A stretch of DNA of 64,000 nucleotides, taken from NCBI GenBank assembly GCA_963790045.1, contig CAWBMS010000010.1:57228-121227 (forward strand), in the 5' to 3' direction. This DNA is from Ignavibacteriota bacterium (GTDB lineage: Bacteria; Bacteroidota; Ignavibacteria; UBA10030). Position numbers and translations under genes: made by a program. Below are positions 31,588 through 42,299 of the stretch, piece by piece. The notes under the pieces were generated by a model, which worked only from the letters and a program-made list of their open reading frames with translations, ran no database searches and was not told the DNA's origin. How positions within the stretch are numbered: position 1 is the stretch's first letter; every line of letters begins with the position of its first letter.

Positions 31588-32823
31588 ATGGAATCGTTTA
31601 ATCAGAATCGCAGACAATTTCTTCGTACAACAGTTCTGGGGGGCGCAAGCGCTCTTTTTGTTTCAACCGCTCTGGGACAGGATGCATCGAAAGCAGTCGC
31701 ACAAGATACATCGAAAACAAAAACTCAAGATGCTACAAAGCTCATGATTAAGCGACCATTGGGAAAAACCGGAATCGAAGTCCCCATTGTAAGTTTCGGC
31801 GTCATGCGTGCCGATAATCCGGCATTGATAACCGAAGCATTGAAATCGGGCATCACGTTTTTCGATACCGCTCATGCATATCAGGGCGGCAAGAATGAAG
31901 AAATGCTCGGTACGGTTTTAAAAAATTATCCGCGCAACTCTTTTGTAATTGCAACAAAAGTGGGGCCGGAGCAAATCGATAATAACACAGGACTTTTGGG
32001 TTCCGCTTCCACCAGTAAAGCATTTTTAGAAAAATTAGATATCAGTCTGAAGCGCCTGCAAATGGATTATGTCGATATTTTGTATGTTCATGGAATAGGA
32101 AGGCGCGAAAGTGTGCTTCATCCTGCAATGCTTGAGGCGGTAACGATCGCGAAGAAATCCGGCAAAGCAAAACACGTCGGCGTTTCGACGCACAGAAATG
32201 AACCCGAAGTCATTCTTGCTGCCGTCGAAAGCGGTGTGTATGAAGTCGTTTTAACCTCGATCAATTTTATGCAGGATCATTATGAAGAATTGAAACAAGC
32301 CATCGCAAAAGCAAACGCTGCAGGCGTCGGCATTGTTGCTATGAAAACAATGGCAGGTGGTTTCCACGATAAAGAGCGGACGAAGCCGATCAATTGCAAA
32401 GCGGCATTAAAATTTGTCCTGCAAGATAAAGATGTAACGACAGCAATTCCTGGAATTACGAACTTCGATCAGCTTGCGATGAATGTCAATGTTGCTCATA
32501 ATTTGGAAATGACACAGGAAGAAAAAAACGATCTTGCCGGCGGAAAATCGGAAGGCAGTTTGTATTGCCCGGGCTGCGATCATTGCGTTTCGGAATGCGC
32601 AAAGAAACTTCCCGTGCCGGATATTATGCGCGCGTATATGTACACCTACGGTTATCGCGATCTTGCCGCTGCGCGTTCGTTGCTCTCCGATCTTCAGCTT
32701 CCCGCAAATCCTTGCGGTGATTGCAGCCATTGCTCAGTGAAATGCTCGCAGGGATTTTCTGTTGCAGACCGCATTACGGATATTGCGCGCTTGAATCAAG
32801 TTCCTGCAGAATTTTTATCATAG
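31588..32823 (+). CDS. TAT-exported aldo/keto reductase with C-terminal Cys-rich (Fe-S-like) extension
   Basis: Start chosen at ATG 31588 (MESFNQNRRQFLRTTVLGGASALF, a twin-arginine signal). AKR core (GVMRADN...FFDTAHAYQGGKNEEMLG). C-terminus has CPGCDHCVSEC...CGDCSHCSVKC. Confidence 0.82.
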   Translation: MESFNQNRRQFLRTTVLGGASALFVSTALGQDASKAVAQDTSKTKTQDATKLMIKRPLGKTGIEVPIVSFGVMRADNPALITEALKSGITFFDTAHAYQGGKNEEMLGTVLKNYPRNSFVIATKVGPEQIDNNTGLLGSASTSKAFLEKLDISLKRLQMDYVDILYVHGIGRRESVLHPAMLEAVTIAKKSGKAKHVGVSTHRNEPEVILAAVESGVYEVVLTSINFMQDHYEELKQAIAKANAAGVGIVAMKTMAGGFHDKERTKPINCKAALKFVLQDKDVTTAIPGITNFDQLAMNVNVAHNLEMTQEEKNDLAGGKSEGSLYCPGCDHCVSECAKKLPVPDIMRAYMYTYGYRDLAAARSLLSDLQLPANPCGDCSHCSVKCSQGFSVADRITDIARLNQVPAEFLS

Positions 32824-32833
32824 GATCGCTGCA

Positions 32834-33690
32834 ATGAAATATTTTATTTCTCTTGGAATAATTCTTTGCGTATTGATGCTTCCGCTTCGCGCGCAGGAAT
32901 TGCAATTTCCGGCAATTACCGGCTGGAAGGTTGCGATGGAACCAAAGTCGTTACGATCCCAACAATCTCTGGGACATTATCGATGGCGCTGCGGATTTGT
33001 ACTTGCTGTACGGATTTCAAGAATCTGCACATTGCGCGGTACACGAATACAGACAGCATAGAAATAAAAGTTGAAATCTATCATCACAACACACCGGTCA
33101 ATGCGTTCGGAATGTACTCGCAGGAACGCGATACACTGTATAATTATATCTCAGTCGGAACACAAGGATACATTCAAGACGGCATTCTGAATTTTTTAAC
33201 CGGAAGTTATTACATCAAACTCTCGACTTTCCAGAATGGAGAGCTGCCGCGGCAAGGAATGATGACAATTGCACAAGCCATTGCCGCACGATTGCATCAA
33301 ATCAATGAACTTCCGCACGAGCTGCACTATTTTCCTGACGAAGGAAGAATATCCCATGCAGAACAATTCGTTGCACAAAGTTTTCTTGGATACAGTTTTC
33401 TGAACAACGTTTTTGTCGTGCCGTATCATGGGCAGGATGCGATGTATAAATTGTTTCTCATCTCGCCCAAAATCCATGACGATGCTGCTGCCATTGCAAA
33501 GTCCATGCTTCAAGCGGTCGGGCCGGATTCCATACAACAAGCTGGGAAGGAAACCTATCGAATTCACGATCCCAAAAGCGGTGTTCTAACGTTTGCCGTT
33601 GTCGATCATTTTTTATGCGGCGTCATCAGCAGCACAGATGTACCAAAAGAGCAAACACTCGACAAAGTTATATCGTTACTTTTAAAATAA
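32834..33690 (+). pseudogene. exported protein of unknown function; two frame breaks within ~70 nt
   Basis: Signal peptide MKYFISLGIILCVLMLPLRAQ (frame of 32834). The third frame encodes YDPNNLWDIIDGAADLYLLYGFQ. The frame of 32866 continues NLHIARYTNTDSIEIKVEIYHH... to 33690. Breaks at ~32951 (TCG-t-TAC) and ~33021 (CAA-g-AAT), each +1. Confidence 0.7.
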
Positions 33691-33736
33691 TTAAAGTTAT
33701 AACGATTGGAAAAAAATTAGTTATTGGAGAGCGGTT

Positions 33737-34606
33737 ATGTGTTTAATAAGAAGGACATTGATAAGTATTGTGATGCTGTTCTGTTGGTTCACGATTGGAT
33801 GGACACAGGGTTCCACTGAAGCCGTGCGCAGCTTGACGATTGCGGGATCGGAAATTCGAGAAGTTCATTCAAAGATTACCAATCAGGATTATGAATTGAT
33901 TGTGTATCTTCCCTACAGCTATAAAACGAATCCCACCAAACATTATCCGGTTGTATATTTCTGTGATGGCTTTTATGATTTTCCGTTGATGTCCGGTATT
34001 TACGGACAGGAAAATTATGATAAAACGATTGGTGAATGTTTGTTAGTCGGTTTTTCGTACAAAGGCAAAGACTTGAATTATGATAAACTGCGTATGTACG
34101 ATTATTCGCCAACACCAGAAAAGCGAGACGTACCGACCGGCGGTGCACCGCAATTTTTACAGGTGATCGAAAAAGAATTCATTCCTTTCATTGAAAAAAC
34201 ATATCGTGTCGATCCGAGTTTTCGCGTGCTGGGCGGCAATTCGATGGGCGGACTTTTTACCTTGTATGCGATGTTCACGAAAACAGAACTCTTCAATGCT
34301 TACATTGCCATCGGCCCTGCCGTCAATTGGGACAATGGCTGGCTTTCGAAAGTGGAAGCAAAGTTTCATCAACAGCATCCCAATCTTCCGGTTACGCTGT
34401 ATATGACGGGCGCAGAAAAAGAGTTTTCCTACTTGCCGGAATATTTTGAAAGCATCCGTTTCTTCGGCAATGTTTTACAGAAGCGACATTATAAAGATTT
34501 TCGCTATGAATTCCGTATTCTGGATGATACGTATCACTCCGGCGCAAAATCCGAAGGGTATTATCGGGGCTTGAAATTCGTTTTTGAACCGCTATTGCAG
34601 AAGTGA
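33737..34606 (+). CDS. alpha/beta-hydrolase esterase (putative-esterase/IroE-like family)
   Basis: 289-aa ORF with a signal-like N-terminus, nucleophile elbow GGNSMGG and ...YPVVYFCDG... typical of the family. Confidence 0.75.
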   Translation: MCLIRRTLISIVMLFCWFTIGWTQGSTEAVRSLTIAGSEIREVHSKITNQDYELIVYLPYSYKTNPTKHYPVVYFCDGFYDFPLMSGIYGQENYDKTIGECLLVGFSYKGKDLNYDKLRMYDYSPTPEKRDVPTGGAPQFLQVIEKEFIPFIEKTYRVDPSFRVLGGNSMGGLFTLYAMFTKTELFNAYIAIGPAVNWDNGWLSKVEAKFHQQHPNLPVTLYMTGAEKEFSYLPEYFESIRFFGNVLQKRHYKDFRYEFRILDDTYHSGAKSEGYYRGLKFVFEPLLQK

Positions 34607-34612
34607 TTGCGA

Positions 34613-34641
34613 AAAGGTTTCGCGATAGAGAAACCTTTTTA
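34613..34641 (+). terminator. rho-independent terminator after the esterase gene
   Basis: AAAGGTTTC (34613-34621) pairs with GAAACCTTT (34630-34638), followed by TTT. Confidence 0.8.
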
Positions 34642-34747
34642 TGCAAAACAGTTGATCATTTCTTGTGGAACAGGCATCTTCGGGCGGTTCACATTCCCAT
34701 AAACAACGTTGCTCCCCAATCAATATTTTGGTATATTAATACCTCAA

Positions 34748-35440
34748 ATGCAGAAGACGATATCGAAGAAGATTTCAATTGCTATTGATGGACCAGCAGC
34801 ATCTGGAAAAAGTACCACCGCAAAACTTGTTGCGGAAAAATTGGGCTATCTTCATATCGATACCGGCGCCATGTATCGCGCAATTACCTGGAAAGTGCTG
34901 CAAAAGAAAATAGAGTTGGAAGATGAAAAAAATATCGTTGCCTTAGCGCAGAATTCGACCGTACGATTGCTGGCGGCGAAGGATGGCATTAAAGTGTTTT
35001 TGGATGAAGAAGATATTACCAAAGCCATACGGATGCCGAATGTTTCGCATTCCGTCAGCACGGTAAGCAGCTATGATGGTGTACGCAAAGTGATGGTCCA
35101 TGAACAACAGCAAATGGCGGAAACAGGCGGCGTTGTGTTAGACGGCCGCGACATTGGAACGGTCGTTTTGCCGGAGGCCGATCTGAAAATCTTTATGATT
35201 GCGAACGTGGCAGAACGCGCGCGCCGTCGGAAATATGATCTGGAAAAGAATGGAGTCGATGCGAACGAAATCGATCTCATTCAAGAAATAGAATTACGCG
35301 ATAATAAAGATTCGACACGCGCAGCAAGTCCCTTGAAAAAAGCACAGGATGCAGTAGAACTTGATACATCCGATCTTTCAATTGACGAGCAAGTGGAATT
35401 TATTGTCGCAAGAGCAAAAAAGATTATCGATTCAAAATAG
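34748..35440 (+). CDS. cmk: cytidylate kinase
   Basis: MQKTISKKISIAIDGPAASGKSTTAKLVAEKLGYLHIDTGAMYRA. ATG 34748 is preferred over the ORF-track start at 34709. Confidence 0.92.
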   Translation: MQKTISKKISIAIDGPAASGKSTTAKLVAEKLGYLHIDTGAMYRAITWKVLQKKIELEDEKNIVALAQNSTVRLLAAKDGIKVFLDEEDITKAIRMPNVSHSVSTVSSYDGVRKVMVHEQQQMAETGGVVLDGRDIGTVVLPEADLKIFMIANVAERARRRKYDLEKNGVDANEIDLIQEIELRDNKDSTRAASPLKKAQDAVELDTSDLSIDEQVEFIVARAKKIIDSK

Positions 35441-35441
35441 T

Positions 35442-36338
35442 ATGAATGTTCGTATAGATACTTCCTCAGGATTTTGCTGGGGAGTTATCCGTACCATTGA
35501 CATAGCAGAGCAGGCGTTACAATCCGGAACGAAATTATATTCGCTGGGTGAAATCATTCATAACCCGATGGAAATTGAACGGCTGAAGCAGCAAGGGCTT
35601 GAAACGGTTTCGCATAACGATCTGGAAAAATTGCGTGGTGAAACGGTTTTGATTCGTGCGCATGGAGAACCGCCGGCGACATATAAGAGAGCGGAAGAAC
35701 TCGGCATCACGATAATCGATGCAACATGTCCGGTCGTGACAAAAGTACAGGAACGCATCCGTAAATTTTATTTAGATGGATATCAGGTTGTTATCTTTGG
35801 AAAAAAAGATCACGCAGAAGTTCTTGGATTGATCGGGCAGACGAATGGTGAAGCGATTATCATTCATTCGCTCGATGAAATTGGAAAAGTAAAATTGGAT
35901 CGCAAAACGGTTTTGTTCTCGCAAACAACGATGGATAAGCCGACATTTTATGCGATCAAAGATGCGTTATCGAAACGCATCGATGAATTGGTCGTTGCGA
36001 CGATGGAAGATACCGCGATCGATTTCCATGCGAAAGATACGATCTGCGGTCAGGTTTCCGGACGCGAAAAAAAGATTCGCGAGTTTGCTGCGGATAACGA
36101 TGTCGTTATTTTTGTCGCCGGCAAACATAGTTCGAACGGCAAAGTGTTATATGAAATCGTGAAAACCGAAAATGTAAAATCGTATTTTATCGAAGACGCA
36201 TCCGAGTTACAGCACGAATGGTTCGCCGGCGTGAATAACGTCGGCATTACCGGCGCAACATCGACGCCGCAATGGCTGATGGAAAATGTAAAGCAAGAAA
36301 TTGAAAAACGATACGGAAGTATCGAAGCAAAAAAATAG
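35442..36338 (+). CDS. ispH: 4-hydroxy-3-methylbut-2-enyl diphosphate reductase
   Basis: MNVRIDTSSGFCWGVIRTIDIAE...IDATCPVVTKV...IFVAGKHSSNG. Carries the three Cys ligands typical of IspH/LytB. ATG 35442 sits directly after the cmk stop. Confidence 0.92.
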   Translation: MNVRIDTSSGFCWGVIRTIDIAEQALQSGTKLYSLGEIIHNPMEIERLKQQGLETVSHNDLEKLRGETVLIRAHGEPPATYKRAEELGITIIDATCPVVTKVQERIRKFYLDGYQVVIFGKKDHAEVLGLIGQTNGEAIIIHSLDEIGKVKLDRKTVLFSQTTMDKPTFYAIKDALSKRIDELVVATMEDTAIDFHAKDTICGQVSGREKKIREFAADNDVVIFVAGKHSSNGKVLYEIVKTENVKSYFIEDASELQHEWFAGVNNVGITGATSTPQWLMENVKQEIEKRYGSIEAKK

Positions 36339-36478
36339 TTGAACAGTCAAAATTAAATAATCATATCATCACATAAAAATATGTGCCTGACGTGATGTTG
36401 AACGCTGTGTGATGACTGGCAGCGACAACGCACGACAGGATGTTTCCCGGATCAGCAGGAAACAGATTTGGAGGACAA

Positions 36479-38239
36479 ATGTCTGATACAAACATGACCG
36501 CGAACAAGTTCGAGGAACGCGGGTATTCGGAATCCGAGTATAAACAACTTGAACAAATGTATGCCAGCACGCTTGGCACAATTAAATCCAACGAAATCGT
36601 CAAAGGACGTATCGTGCATATCGGTGATTCTAATGTCAGCATCGACATCGGTTTTAAATCGGAAGGCACCGTGCCCATCAACGAATTTCCCAACATCAAA
36701 GATTGCAAAGTCGGCGATGAAGTGGAAGTGTTTCTCGAAAGCATCGAAGACAAGGACGGACATCTTGTTCTTTCCCGCAAACGCGCAGATTTTATGCGTG
36801 TGTGGGAACGCGTCGTCAAAGCATTCGATACCGGTGAGATCATGAAAGGTCGCTGCGTGCGTCGTACCAAAGGCGGCATCGTTGTGGATTTACTCGGATT
36901 AGATGCGTTTCTCCCCGGCTCGCAAATTGATGTGCGGCCTGTTCGTGATTTCGATGCATTCATCGGTCGTGAGATGGATCTCCGCATTGTCAAAGTCAAT
37001 CATCCGTCGGAAAATGTTGTGGTCAGTCACAAAATTCTTGTGGAAGAAGAACTTGCCAGTCAGCGCAAAGTTATTCTTGATAGTCTAGAAAAAGGTCAGA
37101 TTCTTGAAGGGCACGTCAAAGCGATTACGGACTTCGGTGTGTTTGTGGATTTGGGCGGCGTTGATGGATTGGTGCACATTACCGATTTATCATGGGGACG
37201 CGTCAATCATCCATCCGAAGTTGTGAAGTTGGATCAAACCGTCAACGTGGTTGTGCTGGATTTTGATACAGAGAAGAAACGTATTTCTCTTGGTATGAAA
37301 CAATTGACACCGCATCCGTGGGAAAATATTGAAACGCGTTATCCGGTTGGCACAAAGATCAATGGGAAAATTGTTTCGCTGACCGACTACGGTGCATTTG
37401 TGGAAATCGAAAAAGGCATCGAAGGCCTGATCCATATTTCAGAAATGAGCTGGACGCAGCATATCAAACATCCATCGCAAGTCGTTTCCATGGGACAGAT
37501 GATCGATGCGATTATTCTTTCACTCGATAAAGAAGGAAAGAAAATTTCTCTCGGTATGAAACAATTAGAACCTGATCCGTGGACGACATTGATGCAAAAA
37601 TATCCGATCGGCTCTAAACATTCCGGTATCGTTCGCAACCTGACGAACTTCGGCGTCTTTGTCGAATTGGAAGAAGGCGTGGACGGGTTAGTGCATATTT
37701 CCGATTTGTCATGGACAAAGAAGATTCGCCATCCGGGTGAAGTAGTAAAAAAAGGCGACCAATTAGATGTGATCGTTTTGTCCGTCGATATTGACCAACG
37801 CCGGATTTCTCTTGGGCATAAACAAGTTCAAGATAATCCATGGGACGCGTTTGAAAAACAATATCAAAATGGTACGGATGTCGAAGGCACGGTCGTTCGT
37901 CTTATCGAGAAAGGTGTCATTGTCGAATTGCCGCTCGGTGTCGATGGCTTTGTTCCGCTGTCGCAGTTGTCGCAAACACCGGTGAAAAATGTTACCGAGT
38001 CATTCAAGATCGGCGATACGTTACCGTTGAAAGTGATTGAGTTCGATAAAGAGAGCAAGAAAATCGTTCTCTCGGTACTCGAATATTTCCGCGGCAAAGA
38101 GCAGAAGCTCGTCGATGAATATGTCGGTGGGCACAAGCTTTCACCGATGACGATGAAGGACATTGTCTCCGCGCCTCCAGTAGCTCCAGAAGAGTTGCCG
38201 AAGCTTGACGACACATTGTCTGATACTTTATCGGATTAA
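36479..38239 (+). CDS. rpsA: 30S ribosomal protein S1
   Basis: Six S1 motifs (e.g. [47 protein letters not shown]). Start at ATG 36479 (MSDTNM...). The ORF track begins at 36440. Confidence 0.93.
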   Translation: [586 protein letters not shown]

Positions 38240-38257
38240 AATCGAGAAGCATTACTC

Positions 38258-38296
38258 AAGGAGTTGTTCGGACACTGTTCGGGCAACTCCTTTTTC
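38258..38296 (+). terminator. terminator-like hairpin after rpsA
   Basis: AAGGAGTTG (38258-38266) pairs with CAACTCCTT (38284-38292) around a 17-nt loop, followed by TTTT. Confidence 0.6.
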
Positions 38297-38298
38297 TT

Positions 38299-39598
38299 AT
38301 GAAACGTGTTGCATTACATACGCTAGGATGTAAATTAAATTATGCAGAAACTGCTACAATCGGAAAGCAGTTTTTGGATGAGGGCTATCAATTGGTCGAT
38401 CTTGATGAACCTTCCGATGTTGTTGTCATCAATACCTGTAGTGTTACGGAACGCGCGGATCGAGAATGCCGGCAGCTTGTGCGGCGTGCGTTGCGTCATT
38501 CCCCGAATGCGTTTGTTGCAGTGGTCGGTTGTTATTCACAGCTTCGACATCAGGAAATTGCGAATATCGAAGGTGTCGATCTTGTGTTGGGATCGAAAGA
38601 AAAATTTGATGTCTTAAAGCATCTTGGTGATTTAACGAAACGTGCTGCTGCCGAGGTCTATGTTTCGTGTGTGGAAGATTTTCATGAAACGCATCTTGCA
38701 TCATCGGCAGGATTCGAAGATCGTACGCGCGCCTTTTTAAAAATTCAAGATGGATGTGATTATCTTTGCACGTATTGTACAATTCCACAAGCAAGAGGTG
38801 CGAGTAGAAGCATAGCGCTTTCACAGATCGTTACACAGGCACAGGAAATTGCGAATCAAGGGTATCAAGAAATCGGTACTCACAGGTGTCAATGTCGGCG
38901 ATTATGGAACAGGCATCGACAGCAATCTTCTTCAATTGCTCAGGCAGTTGGTGAAGATTGACGGCATTCGACGCATTCGTATCAGTTCCATCGAGCCGAA
39001 TCTTTTGACGGATGAGTTGCTGGAATTTTGGTTCGCAGAAGAAAAGCTTTGCAAGCACTGGCACATTCCGTTACAATCCGGCTCCGATACGATTTTGAAA
39101 TCGATGCGCCGCAGATATTTGACAGATTTGTATGCGAGAAAAATTGAAACGATCAAACATGCAATTCCCTCCGCAGGCATTGGCGCTGATGTGATTGTTG
39201 GATTTCCAGGAGAAACGGAACAACGATTTGAAGAAACATACTCGTTTCTTGCCGATCAACCGATCAGCTATTTGCATGTATTCAGTTATTCGCCGCGGCC
39301 GAACACACCGGCAATGCAATTTGCTCATCAAGTATCACCACAGGAAAAATCGAAGCGAAGCGAACGATTACGACAATTAAGCGTACGAAAACGCAAAATG
39401 TTTTATCAAGGATTTGAAGAAAGAATAGTCAACGTGTTGTTTGAAACACGCCATTCAAAAGAATTAGTAACAGGATTGACAGGAGAATATGTCCATGTAA
39501 ATGTTGCGACCGCGCAGGAAATAACCAATCAATTGCTGCATGTAAAAATTTTGCATACTGCGCAAGATTCTTGCAGCGGAGTTCTCATCTCGTCGTAG
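38299..39598 (+). pseudogene. mtaB: tRNA (N6-threonylcarbamoyladenosine) methylthiotransferase MtaB / MiaB-like radical SAM enzyme; one frame break
   Basis: ORF 38299-38961 has the UPF0004 domain and radical-SAM CDYLCTYC, ending ...EIANQGYQEI. ORF 38849-39598 continues VLTGVNVGDYG...IRISSIEPN...HIPLQSGSD...FPGETE... plus a TRAM-like end. Break at GG 38875-38876, +1. Confidence 0.85.
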
Positions 39599-39606
39599 GA
39601 GCTAAC

Positions 39607-40350
39607 ATGAAAAAGAAATTTCTCGTTGTGCTTGTTCTCTGTCTTTGTGGTTCGTCGCTGGTGTTTTCCCAACAGCGTATTTCAAATTCTTTGTTGATAA
39701 AACAATCTGAAACAGCATCACCATCGGATGTGATGAATTATAGTTTTGATTCTGATGGGAATCAAAAAAAATCTGTTGCGCTTGCAGTTTTTTATTCACT
39801 CGTGGTGCCGGGAATGGGACAAACGTATGCCGGTTCTTTCCGCACTGGAAAATATTATCTTTTTGCCGAAGGCGGATTGTGGTTGACGTATGCCGGTTTT
39901 CGCGTGTACGGCAACTGGCTGCATCAAGATGCGCAAACGTATGCAACGGAGCATGCCACGGCAAATTTTAGCAGCAAGGACGATCAGTTTGAAGTAAACA
40001 TTGGCAACTTCAACACCACAGATGACTACAACCAGCAAAAACTTCGCAATCAAGAATACAATTTGATTTATACCGGCAGCCAGTACCAATGGAATTGGCA
40101 GGGAAGCGATGCCAATAGATTGCAGTTCAAAAACATGCGCATTCAAAGTGCTTCCGTGTATGATAATTCACGATTTCTTATCGGTGCAGTTGTCATCAAT
40201 CATATTATTTCTGCTTTTATGGCCGGACGTGCAGCTGCTGCGTACAATCGTTCTCTGGCTGATGAACAAACGTGGCACATCGAAGCATTGGCACTTGGGG
40301 ATGTTGGGAATATTCATGGCATAGGGTTGTCATTCACGAAAATATTTTAA
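39607..40350 (+). CDS. exported/membrane protein of unknown function
   Basis: Start at ATG 39607 (AGGAG upstream). Signal peptide MKKKFLVVLVLCLCGSSLVFSQ and hydrophobic segment SLVVPGMGQTYAGSF. Confidence 0.6.
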   Translation: MKKKFLVVLVLCLCGSSLVFSQQRISNSLLIKQSETASPSDVMNYSFDSDGNQKKSVALAVFYSLVVPGMGQTYAGSFRTGKYYLFAEGGLWLTYAGFRVYGNWLHQDAQTYATEHATANFSSKDDQFEVNIGNFNTTDDYNQQKLRNQEYNLIYTGSQYQWNWQGSDANRLQFKNMRIQSASVYDNSRFLIGAVVINHIISAFMAGRAAAAYNRSLADEQTWHIEALALGDVGNIHGIGLSFTKIF

Positions 40351-40358
40351 CGGTCGTC

Positions 40359-41087
40359 ATGCCAAATATCCGTCTTGATATTGAGTATGATGGAACGAAT
40401 TTTGTCGGGTGGCAATTTCAAAAAAATGGACGTTCGGTTCAGGAAGAACTTGAAAAAGCAATTCGACATCTCTTTCAAATGGAATTGCGCGTACACGGCG
40501 GCGGGCGAACGGATGCCGGCGTGCATGCCAGAGGTCAGGTGGCGAATATTTTTATTGAAAAAAATATCAAGATAGATTTGCTGGCAAAACAACTTACCGC
40601 CGTTACACCGCATGATGTTATCGTCAAAAAAGCGTCAGTTGTTTCCGGTGATTTTCATGCGAGACATAGCGCGAAGGCCCGGCGGTATCGGTATCAAGTA
40701 TCACGCACGCCGACTGCCATCGAAAGAAATTATTGCTGGCAAGTACATTCGCAGCTCGATCTCGCTGCGATGCGTGCGTGTGCATCGCAAATCCTCGGAG
40801 ACCATGATTTCCAATCGTTTTGTAAAACGATCGCTGAAGTTGATCATTATCGGTGCAATATTTATTCGGCACAATGGAACGAGACGGATCGGATGTTGGA
40901 ATTTGAAATCACAGCGAACAGATTTTTACATGGAATGGTCCGTGCGTTGGTTGGCACAATGGTGAATGTCGGGCGCGGCCATACACCGCTTCGAAATTTC
41001 AAACTGATACTCGAAGCTAAAGATCGGTCAAAAGCCGGAATGTCGGCACCGTCACAGGGATTGTTTCTTGAGGAAATTGTGTATTGA
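40359..41087 (+). CDS. truA: tRNA pseudouridine(38-40) synthase
   Basis: MPNIRLDIEYDGTNFVGWQFQ...GGGRTDAGVHARGQV (catalytic Asp motif). ATG 40359 is preferred over the ORF-track start at 40272. Confidence 0.9.
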   Translation: MPNIRLDIEYDGTNFVGWQFQKNGRSVQEELEKAIRHLFQMELRVHGGGRTDAGVHARGQVANIFIEKNIKIDLLAKQLTAVTPHDVIVKKASVVSGDFHARHSAKARRYRYQVSRTPTAIERNYCWQVHSQLDLAAMRACASQILGDHDFQSFCKTIAEVDHYRCNIYSAQWNETDRMLEFEITANRFLHGMVRALVGTMVNVGRGHTPLRNFKLILEAKDRSKAGMSAPSQGLFLEEIVY

Positions 41088-41099
41088 TTGTTTTTAACG

Positions 41100-41918
41100 A
41101 TGAAGTCTTTAAAAAAAATATTGCGTGATGTGTTAGTCAAGGCGGGCGTTTTGCATGTGCCGTTGTCGGAAGAAGAATTAGAACAAGTCATCGATGCAAG
41201 TTCGTTGAGCGGTACTATCAATAAAACAGAACACGAACTTATAAAAAGCGTTTTACAATTTTCCGATATTACCGCAAAAGAAATTATGGTGCCGCGCCCG
41301 GATATCATCGCCGTGGATATTGCCATGCCGGTCGATGCGTTGATTCGAAAAGTGATTGAAGAAGGATACTCGCGGCTTCCGGTTTACAAGGGTTCGATTG
41401 ATAAAATAATCGGTATTGTGTATAGCAAAGATTTGTTAAGTATGCTAGAACATCGTTCGTTGATTGTCCTGCACGATATTATTCGTCCTGCATATTTTGT
41501 TCCCGAATCAAAAAAGATCAGCGAGATTTTGCGGGAGTTTCAACAAAGAAAAAATCATATCGGTATTGTGATCGATGAGTTTGGCGGCACAGAAGGATTG
41601 ATTACGCTGGAGGATATCGTGGAAGAAATTGTCGGCGATATTTTGGACGAGTACGATGAAACAAGAAAATCGATAGAACAAAAAAGCGACGGTTCAGTGA
41701 TAGTTGATGCGGCAATTTCGATTAGTGATTTTAACGAACAATTTCGGACGGCAATCCCCCCGGCACCGGAATATGAAACCTTAGCAGGTTATCTGCAAAC
41801 TGTTACCGGCCGGCTTCCCGAAGTCAATGAAAAAATTACGACGAGTAATTTTATTTTTACTATTGTGGTCAAAAGTGCCAGGCGCATACGACAAGTGAAG
41901 GTAACACCTAATATATGA
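41100..41918 (+). CDS. corC: CBS-pair plus CorC/HlyC transporter-associated domain protein
   Basis: ...TAKEIMVPRPDIIAVD...SRLPVY..., a second CBS, then GGTEGLITLEDIVEEIVGDI and a C-terminal CorC_HlyC-like region. No TM domain. Confidence 0.8.
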   Translation: MKSLKKILRDVLVKAGVLHVPLSEEELEQVIDASSLSGTINKTEHELIKSVLQFSDITAKEIMVPRPDIIAVDIAMPVDALIRKVIEEGYSRLPVYKGSIDKIIGIVYSKDLLSMLEHRSLIVLHDIIRPAYFVPESKKISEILREFQQRKNHIGIVIDEFGGTEGLITLEDIVEEIVGDILDEYDETRKSIEQKSDGSVIVDAAISISDFNEQFRTAIPPAPEYETLAGYLQTVTGRLPEVNEKITTSNFIFTIVVKSARRIRQVKVTPNI

Positions 41919-42299
41919 GACGAAATATCCAGTTTAGTTATGCAAAGCCGGTCGATAGAAAGTCAGTATAATGGTTTGGTTTAAAGAAGGTGTATCTATT
42001 ATTTCTCCTCTTCTGAAGGAATGGCGTACAAAATTCTCAGGACAAAATCGGCGCTACTTACAAGAATTATTATGGTTGTCGCTTGGACAGGGTGGAACGC
42101 TTTTACTTAGTGTAATCTCTATTAAACTTATCACCACCATTGGCACACACGATTACGGTATTTATATTCTTCTGACCAGCATTACGTCAATTTGGTTAGC
42201 TGCGTTTTATACGCCGTACGAGCAAAGTTATGTCGCTACTTATTTGACAATCGAACCTTGTGCTCAGCAACCGTTGGAAACATATCGGAGGATGGCGAG

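Noticed and set aside
36361-36999. 212-aa minus-strand ORF, plus other long antisense ORFs such as 37864-38214
   Set aside because: They are antisense to rpsA, whose S1-domain repeats are unmistakable. The products are low-complexity S/T/R/P-rich with no start context. They are shadow ORFs.
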